A DNA stretch of 54,445 nt from Candidatus Cryptobacteroides caccocaballi (GTDB taxonomy: Bacteria > Bacteroidota > Bacteroidia > Bacteroidales > UBA932), in NCBI GenBank assembly GCA_018064725.1, contig JAGHUQ010000072.1, positions 1 to 54,445 of the forward strand, written 5' to 3'. Shown here piece by piece: positions 20,510-29,699 of the stretch (position 1 is the first letter of the stretch; each line of letters begins with the position of its first letter). A program made the translations under genes and the position numbers. The notes below the pieces were generated by a model, which saw only the letters and a program-made list of their open reading frames with translations, ran no database searches and had not been told where the DNA came from.

Positions 20510-20570
20510 CAAGGCTGTGAAAGTGGTAACGCTGAAGAAGCTCAGGCGACTGAGAAGCATTAAGAGACAT

Positions 20571-20876
20571 ATGTTGGAAAGAGATATAATAATGGCTTTG
20601 AGGCAGGTCTATGATCCGGAGATACCGGTGAACATTTATGATCTTGGTCTCATCTATGAACTCAAGGTCGACGAAGGTCACAACGTATACATCCAGATGA
20701 CCTTGACTGCGCCGAACTGTCCGATGGCGGATTATGTCGTCGAACAGGTGAAGGAAGCCGTGGAAGACGTTCCCGGAGTGGTGAGTGCCCAGATAGACCT
20801 GGTATTCGATCCTGTATGGGACAAGAGCAGGATGTCTGAGGAAGCCCTTGTGGAACTAGGAATGGACGTCGACTGA
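20571..20876 (+). CDS. DUF59 / SufT-like Fe-S cluster assembly protein
   Basis: VYDPEIPVNIYDLGLIY, MTLTAPNCP, LVFDPVW; start at ATG 20571. Confidence 0.88.
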   Translation: MLERDIIMALRQVYDPEIPVNIYDLGLIYELKVDEGHNVYIQMTLTAPNCPMADYVVEQVKEAVEDVPGVVSAQIDLVFDPVWDKSRMSEEALVELGMDVD

Positions 20877-21322
20877 TGAAGGAAGACGTATTTCTCTCCC
20901 TCGGATCGAATCAAGGTGACAGAAAGTACAACCTTGACAGGGCGACTGAACTGCTGAGCGAGAGTCTCGGTACACTGCCGACTGCGATTTCGGACTATAT
21001 CGAGACGGAATCATGGGGTTTCGAAGCTCCGGCCTTTCTTAACTCGGTAGTGGCGTTCAGCCTTGATGATCCGGACGGATTCTCGATCCTTGCGACATGT
21101 AAGGAGATAGAGCGGACGATGGGCAGGGAAGAGAATATTGAGTATGACGAAGCGGGAAGGAGAATTTACCACTCCAGACCCATAGACATAGACATAATAG
21201 AGATTGGTGACAGGACCATAGAGAGCGAGACTCTCACCGTTCCGCACCCGCTGGCCTGCGAAAGGGATTTCGTCATGATTCCCCTGGCGCAGGTGAAGCA
21301 GAAAATGGAAAATTTTAAATAA
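20876..21322 (+). CDS. folK: 2-amino-4-hydroxy-6-hydroxymethyldihydropteridine diphosphokinase
   Basis: LSLGSNQGD, FLNSVV, IERTMGR, RPIDIDII, LTVPHP..RDFV. Confidence 0.92.
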   Translation: MKEDVFLSLGSNQGDRKYNLDRATELLSESLGTLPTAISDYIETESWGFEAPAFLNSVVAFSLDDPDGFSILATCKEIERTMGREENIEYDEAGRRIYHSRPIDIDIIEIGDRTIESETLTVPHPLACERDFVMIPLAQVKQKMENFK

Positions 21323-21340
21323 TACAATAGTTAATGATTT

Positions 21341-22885
21341 ATGACACAGGAAGAACTTTTTAAGGTGCTCGTCGCTCACTGCAAGGAGTATGGTTTCATA
21401 TTCCCTTCAAGCGAGATCTATGACGGCCTTGGTGCCGTATACGATTACGGCCAGCTTGGTTCCGAGCTCAAGCAGAATATCAAGAGCTACTGGTGGAACG
21501 CAATGACTCGTCTCAACGAGAACATCGTAGGTATCGATTCAGCCATCTTCATGCACCCACGCATCTGGGAGGCATCAGGCCATGTAGGACATTTCAATGA
21601 CCCTCTCATCGACAATAAGGACTCCAAGAAGAGATATCGTGCAGACGTGCTCATCGAGGATTATCTCGGTAAGATAGGGGAGAAGATGAACAAGGAGGTC
21701 GAGAAAGGCCGCAAGAAATTCGGTGAGTCTTTCGATGAGGAGCAGTTCCGTGCGACCAACCCTAATGTTCTTCGCGAGAAGAAGAAGTATGACGAGGTAC
21801 ATGGACGCTATGTGAAGGCTCAGAACGACAACAACCTCGAAGAATACAGGCAGATCATCATCGATTGCGGTATCGTATGTCCTATCAGCGGTACCTGCAA
21901 CTGGACAGAGGTTCGTCAGTTCAATCTCATGTTCAGCACCTCAATGGGTAGCACCGCAGATGGCGCAAGCACCATCTACCTCCGTCCTGAGACCGCCCAG
22001 GGTATCTTCGTCAACTACCTCAACGTGCAGAAGACCGGCCGTATGAAGATTCCTTTCGGTATCGCTCAGATCGGTAAGGCATTCCGCAACGAGATCGTCG
22101 CTCGTCAGTTCATCTTCCGTATGAGGGAGTTCGAGCAGATGGAGATGCAGTTCTTCATCAAGCCTGGTACCGAGCTCGATTGGTTCGCAAAGTGGAAGGA
22201 GACCCGTATGAAGTGGCATGTGAACATGGGTATGGGTGCTCAGAACTATCGTTTCCATGATCATGAGAAGCTCGCTCACTACGCAAACGCAGCTACCGAC
22301 ATCGAGTTCCAGTTCCCATTCGGTTTCAAGGAGCTTGAGGGTATCCACAGCCGTACTGACTTTGACCTCGGAAACCATCAGAAGTACTCTGGAAAGAAGA
22401 TCCAGTACTTCGATCCAGAGACCAACGAGAGCTATACTCCATATGTCATCGAGACTTCTATCGGTGTTGACCGTATGGTACTCGCAGTGCTCAGCAACTC
22501 TTACAAGGTCGAGGATCTCGGCAACGGTGAGAGCCGCGTGGTGCTCAGCATCCCTGCACCTATCGCACCGGTAAAGGTTGCAGTCATGCCTCTTCTCAAG
22601 AACAATCCAGAGCTCGTCGCTCTCGCACAGGAGATCATGGACGACCTCAAGTTCGACTACAATTGCCAGTACGACGAGAAAGACTCTATCGGTAAGAGAT
22701 ATCGTCGTCAGGATGCAATCGGTACTCCTTTCTGCGTGACCGTAGACCATGACAGCCTCACTGACCACTGCGTCACCATCCGTCATCGCGACTCTATGGC
22801 ACAGGAGAGGGTGAAGATTGAGGATCTCAATGCTATCATCCGCAAGGAAGTCGATCTCAACATCCTTCTCAGAAACCTTCGCTAA
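21341..22885 (+). CDS. glyQS: Glycine--tRNA ligase (homodimeric, class II)
   Basis: SSEIYDGL, WEASGHV, YLRPETAQGIF, GKAFRNEI, RMREFEQME, LAHYA, IGKRYRRQDAIGTP. Confidence 0.96.
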   Translation: MTQEELFKVLVAHCKEYGFIFPSSEIYDGLGAVYDYGQLGSELKQNIKSYWWNAMTRLNENIVGIDSAIFMHPRIWEASGHVGHFNDPLIDNKDSKKRYRADVLIEDYLGKIGEKMNKEVEKGRKKFGESFDEEQFRATNPNVLREKKKYDEVHGRYVKAQNDNNLEEYRQIIIDCGIVCPISGTCNWTEVRQFNLMFSTSMGSTADGASTIYLRPETAQGIFVNYLNVQKTGRMKIPFGIAQIGKAFRNEIVARQFIFRMREFEQMEMQFFIKPGTELDWFAKWKETRMKWHVNMGMGAQNYRFHDHEKLAHYANAATDIEFQFPFGFKELEGIHSRTDFDLGNHQKYSGKKIQYFDPETNESYTPYVIETSIGVDRMVLAVLSNSYKVEDLGNGESRVVLSIPAPIAPVKVAVMPLLKNNPELVALAQEIMDDLKFDYNCQYDEKDSIGKRYRRQDAIGTPFCVTVDHDSLTDHCVTIRHRDSMAQERVKIEDLNAIIRKEVDLNILLRNLR

Positions 22886-22904
22886 CATCCAAAATAAAAC
22901 GATA

Positions 22905-23426
22905 ATGAAAGCTATTAAATTCCTTGCAGCAATCGCTGTTGCGGCAATGCTCGCATCATCATGTTCACTCCTTTCAAAGGGTGGTTCTTCTGCTCCTGCA
23001 GCAGGCTCTACCAGTACTGTAGCTACAGCTCCGGCTCAGGGCACAACCGCTCAGCAGGCTGGTTCAGCAGCCGGTTCAGCACTCCGTACTCTTTATACTG
23101 CCTATGCGGCAAACGGCAACAAGCTTGACATGAGCAATCCTGCCAACCTTCTTAACATTGCCTCACTTACTTCCAGCATCGCTGGCCTCAAGGCTGCCGA
23201 CAAGGACTACAAGAAGGGTTTTGCTACCGGTCTTGTTCTCGGTTCATCAAATCTTGTGACCAACAACACTTCGAATACAGTGATGGATCAGCTCTCAAAG
23301 ATCGCTGGTACCGTAGTGAACTCAAATCAGGCTCAGCAGGCAGCAAACACCGCATCGTCAGTCGCAAAGGATGCCGGTGCAATTGCCAGCTCTGTTTCAA
23401 ATATCCTCAGCATCTTCAAGAAGTAG
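22905..23426 (+). CDS. Ala/Ser/Thr-rich lipoprotein of unknown function
   Basis: MKAIKFLAAIAVAAMLASSC lipobox; strongly biased codons like neighbouring highly expressed genes; start at ATG 22905. Confidence 0.75.
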   Translation: MKAIKFLAAIAVAAMLASSCSLLSKGGSSAPAAGSTSTVATAPAQGTTAQQAGSAAGSALRTLYTAYAANGNKLDMSNPANLLNIASLTSSIAGLKAADKDYKKGFATGLVLGSSNLVTNNTSNTVMDQLSKIAGTVVNSNQAQQAANTASSVAKDAGAIASSVSNILSIFKK

Positions 23427-23450
23427 TCTGAGATACCAAGACAGTATTGA

Positions 23451-24086
23451 ATGAAATCATTCTGTTCAGGTATTGCCATTATATCGCTATGTCTGTGTCT
23501 CTCCGAAAGCGCATTCGCCCAGGAGGATACAGACTATGGCGTTTATATGCAAACCACGAAGAAGAACGCAGTTCTCTTCAGAGGCAAGCGTGCTTTCAAC
23601 TATAATCTCCGCCACAACGGACATTGTTTCTGGAGCACAAAGGAGTATCTTCCTGGTTCGGTGAAGTATAACTCCAAATTGTATGAAGACGTCTATCTCA
23701 ACTTCGATGCGTCAAGAGGAGAAGTCCTTGTGAAGTCTCCGGAACTTCTCTCCGGCATCGTTCTCGTAGACGAATTCGTAGATTATTTCGTGATTGGTGA
23801 CAGTCGTTTCGAAAGGCCTCAGGCTTCGTTCAAGAAGTCTTCTCCGGAAGGTTTCTACGAAGTTCTCTTTGATGACGGGACGACGACCATTTACAAGAAG
23901 GTGATCAAGACCTTCACCAGCAATACTAACTATAACAACGGTGCCGCAATCGGCTATGATGACCCTGATTACGATTCATCGCTTATCTATTTCTTCCAGT
24001 ACACCGCGAAGTATTATTCCGCAAAGGACGGCGTGATGAAGAAGATAGGCAAGGGTAAGGCACGCAAGATTTCTGGTAGAATATGA
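23451..24086 (+). CDS. Secreted hypothetical protein, first gene of the TonB-dependent receptor cassette
   Basis: Signal peptide ending AFAQ; ATGA overlap with the receptor gene. Confidence 0.7.
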   Translation: MKSFCSGIAIISLCLCLSESAFAQEDTDYGVYMQTTKKNAVLFRGKRAFNYNLRHNGHCFWSTKEYLPGSVKYNSKLYEDVYLNFDASRGEVLVKSPELLSGIVLVDEFVDYFVIGDSRFERPQASFKKSSPEGFYEVLFDDGTTTIYKKVIKTFTSNTNYNNGAAIGYDDPDYDSSLIYFFQYTAKYYSAKDGVMKKIGKGKARKISGRI

Positions 24087-26731
24087 AAAGACTGTTCTCG
24101 CTTATCCTGGGCTTGACTTTCGCCGTTTCGGCTTTCGCTCAGGGCACCGTGGAGGTGAAAAGGGTAGAGACGGACTCTCTCATCACCTTCCTTCGCAAGG
24201 AATTCGGACAGAAGATCTATTATCTCCATAACGAGAGGGACGAGAACAGTTACACGGTGACTGCACCTCGCGAATCTTTCGTACAGGCAGCTCTACAGCA
24301 GATCAAGGACAAGGGTTACACCGTGTCCAGGTATGACGGTGCCTGGTATGTCACGAGCGGACTTGCAATCAATTCCACTCTTCCTGAAGGTTATTTCTCA
24401 ACGTCCACAGGAGACGTGAAGGTAGAATATGCCGATTACCTCAAGGAAGATGTACAGACAGCTACTTTCGCAAACCGCGTCTACGAGATCGGAGACAGGA
24501 AGGATGGGCGTACCGGAAAGGCACGCGTATCGGGACATATCTCCGATGCAGCCACAGGAGAGCCGATAATAGGCGTTTCCGTGGTGGACGACAAGAGCGG
24601 AAACTATTCGGTGACCGATACCTACGGATTCTATAACCTGTCCATGGCGATAGGTGACGGATCCCTCTCCTTCAACGGATACTCTCTCGAGGAACTCAAG
24701 CTCAACGTCATCGTCTACGACGACGGTGAACTTAACGTGGTGATGAGGGAGAAGGTCAATGCGCTCAAGGAAGCAGTGGTATCCGCCGAGTCCAATGTTG
24801 CTCACAGGGACCCTGCGATGGGTGTCGAGCGTATGAGGATAAACGTCATAAACAAGGTTCCGGTAGCATTCGGCGAAGGAGACGTGCTCAAGGTCGTGAC
24901 CACCCTTCCAGGAGTCAAGTCCGTGGGTGAGGCATCCAGCGGCTTCAATGTGCGCGGTGGCTCCGTTGACCAGAACCTTATTCTCTTCAATGACGGAACG
25001 ATATATAATCCGAGCCATATGTTCGGTATCTTCTCGGCATTCAACAACGAGGTCATAAACGACGTACAGCTCTACAAGAGCTCGATTCCGGCAGAGTTCG
25101 GCGGCCGCATATCCTCCGTGCTTGACGTCAGGAGCCGCGAGGGTAATGCCAACAAGGTCGAGGGTTCACTCGGAATCGGTCTTCTCACGAGCCGTTTCCA
25201 CCTCGAGGGCCCTCTCAAGAAGGGAAAGACAACCTTCCTTATCGGAGCCCGCACCACGTATTCCAACTGGATCATGAAGCTGATTCCGGAGAACAGCAAC
25301 TACAACGGAGGAAAGTCGCAGTTCTACGATGCGAACGCCAGCATCAGCCACAAGTTCAACGACCATAACTCGCTGCACGTGTATGGCTACTATTCGAGGG
25401 ATAAGTTCTCGTTCTCAAGCGACACCACCTATCGATACAGCAACATCAATGCATCGATAAAGTGGCGCAACAACTTCAGCTCGAACCACGGTTATGTGCT
25501 CGTCGCCGGCTACGACCAGTACGGAAACATCCTGGACAACACCGTCAACCAGTGGGAGGCATATCAGTACAGCACTTATGTGCGTCAAGCTTATACAAAG
25601 CTCAACTACAAGTCCGTGGTAGGCGACTCGCATACCCTCAAGTACGGTCTCCAGGGAATCCTGTATTTCATGTCTCCGGGCATAAAGACCCCGTCTTACG
25701 AGGAGTCTGCCATACAGGCAAAGGACCTGGGGTTGGAGAAGGCCGTCGAGCTCTCCGCGTACCTGTCAGATACCTGGCAGGCGGGCGACAAGTTCTCTCT
25801 CGACTATGGCGTCCGTTTCTCAGGCTTCACACAGGTTGACAGGCCTAAGTTCTACGGAATGCCTGAGCTCAGGGTTTCTGCGAAGTACAGCATACTTCCG
25901 GAACTCTCGATAAAGGCAGGTGTCAACTCGATGCGCCAGTACATCCACCTTCTCACCAACACTGCTTCAATTTCTCCTATGGATACATGGAAGCTCTGTG
26001 ACCCTGATATAAAGCCTCAGGATGGCTATCAGGCAGCAGCCGGTGTATATTGGACCGTGGGTGACAGCCAGATCGACATTTCCCTCGAAGGCTATTGGAA
26101 GCAGATGTGGAACTATCTCGATTACAAGTCGGGTGCAGTCCTGATGATGAACGAACACATCGCAGATGCCGTCGTGCCGACCACGGGTATGGCTTATGGA
26201 GCCGAGCTCATGGTGAAGAAGCCTAACGGTAAACTCAACGGATGGATTTCGTACACCTACTCCCGCACCCTGCTAAAGGAAATGCAGGACAGAGGTCTCC
26301 AGACCATCAACGGCGGTGCATGGTATCCCGCTGCCCACGACAAGCCACATGATTTCAAGGTCGTTGCGAACTACAAGTTCACCCACCGTTACAGCATCTC
26401 GGCTAACCTCGACTACTCAACCGGCCGTCCGGTAACCATTCCGGTAGGTAAGTATGAGTACGGCGGAGGTATCCGATTCTCATATTCTGACAGGAACGGT
26501 TACAGGATCCCAGACTACTTCAGGCTTGACCTTGCATTCAATATCGACCCTGGACACTACCTGAAAGCATTTACCCATACAGTCATCACCTTCGGTGTAT
26601 ACAACGTGACGGCCAGGAAGAATGCGTACTCCGTATACTATACCGCAGGCGGCGGTTCGAAGGTGAGCGGTTACATGCTTTCGGTCTTTGCCGTGCCTAT
26701 CCCTTATCTGAACCTCAATTTCAAGTTCTAA
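24083..26731 (+). CDS. TonB-dependent receptor (carboxypeptidase-regulatory-like domain + plug + barrel; non-SusC type)
   Basis: VSGHISDAATGEPIIGVSV, DVLKVVTTLPGV..FNVRGG..DQNLILFND..FGGRISSVLD plug, PDYFRLDL, C-terminal Phe. Confidence 0.9.
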   Translation: MKRLFSLILGLTFAVSAFAQGTVEVKRVETDSLITFLRKEFGQKIYYLHNERDENSYTVTAPRESFVQAALQQIKDKGYTVSRYDGAWYVTSGLAINSTLPEGYFSTSTGDVKVEYADYLKEDVQTATFANRVYEIGDRKDGRTGKARVSGHISDAATGEPIIGVSVVDDKSGNYSVTDTYGFYNLSMAIGDGSLSFNGYSLEELKLNVIVYDDGELNVVMREKVNALKEAVVSAESNVAHRDPAMGVERMRINVINKVPVAFGEGDVLKVVTTLPGVKSVGEASSGFNVRGGSVDQNLILFNDGTIYNPSHMFGIFSAFNNEVINDVQLYKSSIPAEFGGRISSVLDVRSREGNANKVEGSLGIGLLTSRFHLEGPLKKGKTTFLIGARTTYSNWIMKLIPENSNYNGGKSQFYDANASISHKFNDHNSLHVYGYYSRDKFSFSSDTTYRYSNINASIKWRNNFSSNHGYVLVAGYDQYGNILDNTVNQWEAYQYSTYVRQAYTKLNYKSVVGDSHTLKYGLQGILYFMSPGIKTPSYEESAIQAKDLGLEKAVELSAYLSDTWQAGDKFSLDYGVRFSGFTQVDRPKFYGMPELRVSAKYSILPELSIKAGVNSMRQYIHLLTNTASISPMDTWKLCDPDIKPQDGYQAAAGVYWTVGDSQIDISLEGYWKQMWNYLDYKSGAVLMMNEHIADAVVPTTGMAYGAELMVKKPNGKLNGWISYTYSRTLLKEMQDRGLQTINGGAWYPAAHDKPHDFKVVANYKFTHRYSISANLDYSTGRPVTIPVGKYEYGGGIRFSYSDRNGYRIPDYFRLDLAFNIDPGHYLKAFTHTVITFGVYNVTARKNAYSVYYTAGGGSKVSGYMLSVFAVPIPYLNLNFKF

Positions 26732-26736
26732 GTATC

Positions 26737-27939
26737 ATGAAGAAATTGCTTTTCATATTAATGGCCGGAATGCTTGCATATTCATGCACATATCCGTTCA
26801 CTCCAGAGATCCCAGATCTCGAGGAGAGGCTCGTAATCGAAGGCGACATCCTCATCGGTGCGAAGACAAGGATAAACGTGAGCTACCTGATGGCCCTTGA
26901 TGCACCAAAGGATTCTGAGACCCAGCCGTCAGCCACAGTATATGTGGAAGACAGCAAGGGAAACACCTATCCGGCAGTCAGGACCGTGGAATATGTGGGT
27001 GTCCATAATAAAGAGAAGGTCGTGTACATCGCAGATACGAAGGACGCTCCTGAGGATCTTGAGTACAGGCTCGTCGTCAGGAACAACGAAAACGGGCGAC
27101 GTTACTCGACTCCATTCCAGCCGGTCCAGCAGGCTCCCGTGATCGATAGCCTCAGTTATATGATCAACGCTCCGCGCACGGAACTTGACATCACCATCAG
27201 TCTCACCTCCCCTGAAAACCAGAAGTATTACAGATGGACTTTTACCGAGGAGTGGGAGTACAATTCGGTATATTATGCCGATGTCTACGCGGTTCCCGGC
27301 AGAACCACAGAAGAGCCGGTGGAAATCATTAACTTCCCTATAGAAGGTATAGGTGAGAACTATTACCATTGCTGGAACAACAGCGTATCGGACGGTATCC
27401 TTCTCGGAACAGTCGAAGGACTGACCTCCAACAAGCTTGTGAACCACAAGTTCGCGAAGATCAAGTCTACCGAAACGAAGTTGAATTATATCTATAGGAT
27501 GACGGTTACCCTCCAGTCTATCTCTCAGGCGGGATACGAATACTGGAGCAACCTCGACATCATATCGAACAATCCAGGCCAGCTCGATGCTCCTAATCCT
27601 AGCGAAATGGTCGGTAACATCGTGTGCGATGACGATCCTAAGGAATATGTCATTGGGTTCATCAATGTTTCCGGAACCAGTGTAGCCCGCAGGTACCTGT
27701 TCAACGACGACATCTCGTTCTATGACGGCACTGAAGACCGGGAGTTATCTGGTCTTGAGGAGGTTCAGCCTGACAGATACAATGAATTCTACTATGACAG
27801 CTACTACAGGCCGGTCTATTGGGGCTATTCCATTGCCGGAAGGGTCCTGATGTGGGGTCATGCACGCTGCGTCGACTGCCGTCTCAAGGGCGGAAGCAAG
27901 GAAAAGAGGCCTGATGACTGGATCAATAACGACAGATAA
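26737..27939 (+). CDS. DUF4249-like surface lipoprotein (probable receptor lid)
   Basis: Lipobox LAYSC, LVIEGDI, APVIDSL, YYRWTFTEEWEY, QSISQAGYEYW, GNIVC..VIGFI, CVDCR. Confidence 0.75.
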   Translation: MKKLLFILMAGMLAYSCTYPFTPEIPDLEERLVIEGDILIGAKTRINVSYLMALDAPKDSETQPSATVYVEDSKGNTYPAVRTVEYVGVHNKEKVVYIADTKDAPEDLEYRLVVRNNENGRRYSTPFQPVQQAPVIDSLSYMINAPRTELDITISLTSPENQKYYRWTFTEEWEYNSVYYADVYAVPGRTTEEPVEIINFPIEGIGENYYHCWNNSVSDGILLGTVEGLTSNKLVNHKFAKIKSTETKLNYIYRMTVTLQSISQAGYEYWSNLDIISNNPGQLDAPNPSEMVGNIVCDDDPKEYVIGFINVSGTSVARRYLFNDDISFYDGTEDRELSGLEEVQPDRYNEFYYDSYYRPVYWGYSIAGRVLMWGHARCVDCRLKGGSKEKRPDDWINNDR

Positions 27940-27943
27940 AGCC

Positions 27944-29617
27944 ATGAAGAAGATAATAATGACCATAACGTCTGTGCTCGTGGCGGTGGCAATGTCCGCT
28001 GCCGAGCATGTTGTGGAGAGGACATATCTCTCCACCGACAAGTCTTGCTACGTGGCAGGAGACAACATCTGGATCTCAGCGTTCTGCATTGATGCTTCTG
28101 ACGGTGGGAATTTCTCTGCTTTCAGCAGCATTGCTTATGTGGAGCTTTGTTCGGAGAGTGGCGTGGAGGCAACGTGCAAGCTTGCCCTCATCGACGGAAG
28201 AGGTTCCGGAGCACTCGTGATTCCGCGCGCAATTCCGACAGGAAACTACAAGCTCATCGCATACACCGCCCAGAACAGGAACGAGGTGGGATACGACTTC
28301 TTTGAGTCGGCGAAGACCGTTTCCATATTCAATACCTTCAGTTCGGCAAGAAGCTCGAACGTGGAGCTTGTGACTGACGGGGATTATGCTGCCGTAGAAA
28401 GCCATGTTCCGGAAAACTCCGGCGACATGTCCGTAGTGATGGAAAGCCGCAGGGGACGTACAGCGAGGCTCAGGGTAAGGAACGGTGGCTCCAAGGCCGC
28501 GACCCTAAGCGTATCCGTATACCATGAGGACGGCATTGCCGCTCCGTCAAACCACGGTGTGTCTGACTTCCTGGCCAAGACATCCAAGGTCGGGAACGTC
28601 GACTTCCAGAACAATGTAATTCCGGATTTCGAGGGAGAGGTCATCGTCGGACATTGTGTCGGTGAGAATGCAAGGACTTATTACGGAAACAATGCGGTGG
28701 TGTCTAATCCTGGCGACCTCTGCGGAATCTACTATTCTGCCATAGATGAGAACGGAGACGTCACATTCGTGACGAACAACTTCTATGGTGACAATATCCT
28801 CGTAAGCCAGATTGAAAATCTCGGAGGGGTAGAGGGTGCACACCTTGAGTTCGACTCGCCTTTCGTTGACAACAGGGCGTCAGATATTGCTACGCTCCGT
28901 GTGAGCCCGATGCTGGAGAAGGATCTTTCCTTGAGGGGTGCGGCCATGCAGATTGAGAAACTCTTTGCTTCCGACACTCTTTACGACAAGCTCCCCCAGC
29001 GTCCGAACCTCCTTCTTTCAGCGGAGCAGCCTCGCCGCTATGTCCTGGAAGACTATACGAGGTTCCCGCTCATGAGCGAGGTGTTCGTCGAGTTCGTCAA
29101 TGGTATAAGGTTCAGGACGGATGCCAAGAAGCATTATGTCCACGTGACCTTGCTGGATTCTTCGAAGCCTGCTGACAACGCCCATGGTTCCCTCGTTCTT
29201 CTCGACGGAACTCCGGTTCTCGACCACCAGAAGATATACGAGTATGATCCGCTTCTCGTAGAGAGAATCGACATCTATCCTTCCACCTATTTCGTGGGTC
29301 CGCGCTGCTGCAACGGAATCGTGAACCTCGTGACCTACAAGAGGGATATGACAGGCTTCGTATTCCCTGAGTCCGTGCGTGCCATCGACTTCCAGGGAGC
29401 ATGCTGGCCGGTTGCATACACTTGCAGGAACATTGCTTCCGACCCGAATTATCCGGATTACAGAAGTACGGTGTATTGGCATCCGCTGGTTGATATCGAG
29501 GGTGGCGGAAGTTTCGTCTTCGATTGTCAGCTTCCGTCCTATGAGGGCAACTTCAAGGTGGTTGTCGAGGGGTTGAGCGAGGATGGCAAACCTATCTGCG
29601 AGACCTTCAGCTTCTAG
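27944..29617 (+). CDS. Secreted protein with MG2-like N-domain and TonB-plug-like domain
   Basis: ERTYLSTDKSCYVAGDNIW and GNYKLIAYT (MG2-like); LVLLDGTPV..DPLLVERIDIY..GIVNLVTYK (plug-like); DYRSTVYWHP C-terminal module; start at ATG 27944. Confidence 0.7.
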   Translation: MKKIIMTITSVLVAVAMSAAEHVVERTYLSTDKSCYVAGDNIWISAFCIDASDGGNFSAFSSIAYVELCSESGVEATCKLALIDGRGSGALVIPRAIPTGNYKLIAYTAQNRNEVGYDFFESAKTVSIFNTFSSARSSNVELVTDGDYAAVESHVPENSGDMSVVMESRRGRTARLRVRNGGSKAATLSVSVYHEDGIAAPSNHGVSDFLAKTSKVGNVDFQNNVIPDFEGEVIVGHCVGENARTYYGNNAVVSNPGDLCGIYYSAIDENGDVTFVTNNFYGDNILVSQIENLGGVEGAHLEFDSPFVDNRASDIATLRVSPMLEKDLSLRGAAMQIEKLFASDTLYDKLPQRPNLLLSAEQPRRYVLEDYTRFPLMSEVFVEFVNGIRFRTDAKKHYVHVTLLDSSKPADNAHGSLVLLDGTPVLDHQKIYEYDPLLVERIDIYPSTYFVGPRCCNGIVNLVTYKRDMTGFVFPESVRAIDFQGACWPVAYTCRNIASDPNYPDYRSTVYWHPLVDIEGGGSFVFDCQLPSYEGNFKVVVEGLSEDGKPICETFSF

Positions 29618-29630
29618 GTCTGTTCACTCT

Positions 29631-29680
29631 CTGAAATATCAAGGCGGACACCATCGGTGTCCGCCTTGTCTATATTTCAG
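29631..29680. terminator. Long hairpin between convergent genes
   Basis: CTGAAATAT-CAAGGCGGACACC-atc-GGTGTCCGCCTTG-tct-ATATTTCAG; no clear U-tract. Confidence 0.65.
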
Positions 29681-29699
29681 CCGCCTGCCTCTGCGACGA

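Noticed and set aside
21941-22888. 315-aa antisense ORF inside glyQS
   Set aside because: Shadow of a highly biased gene; no independent signals
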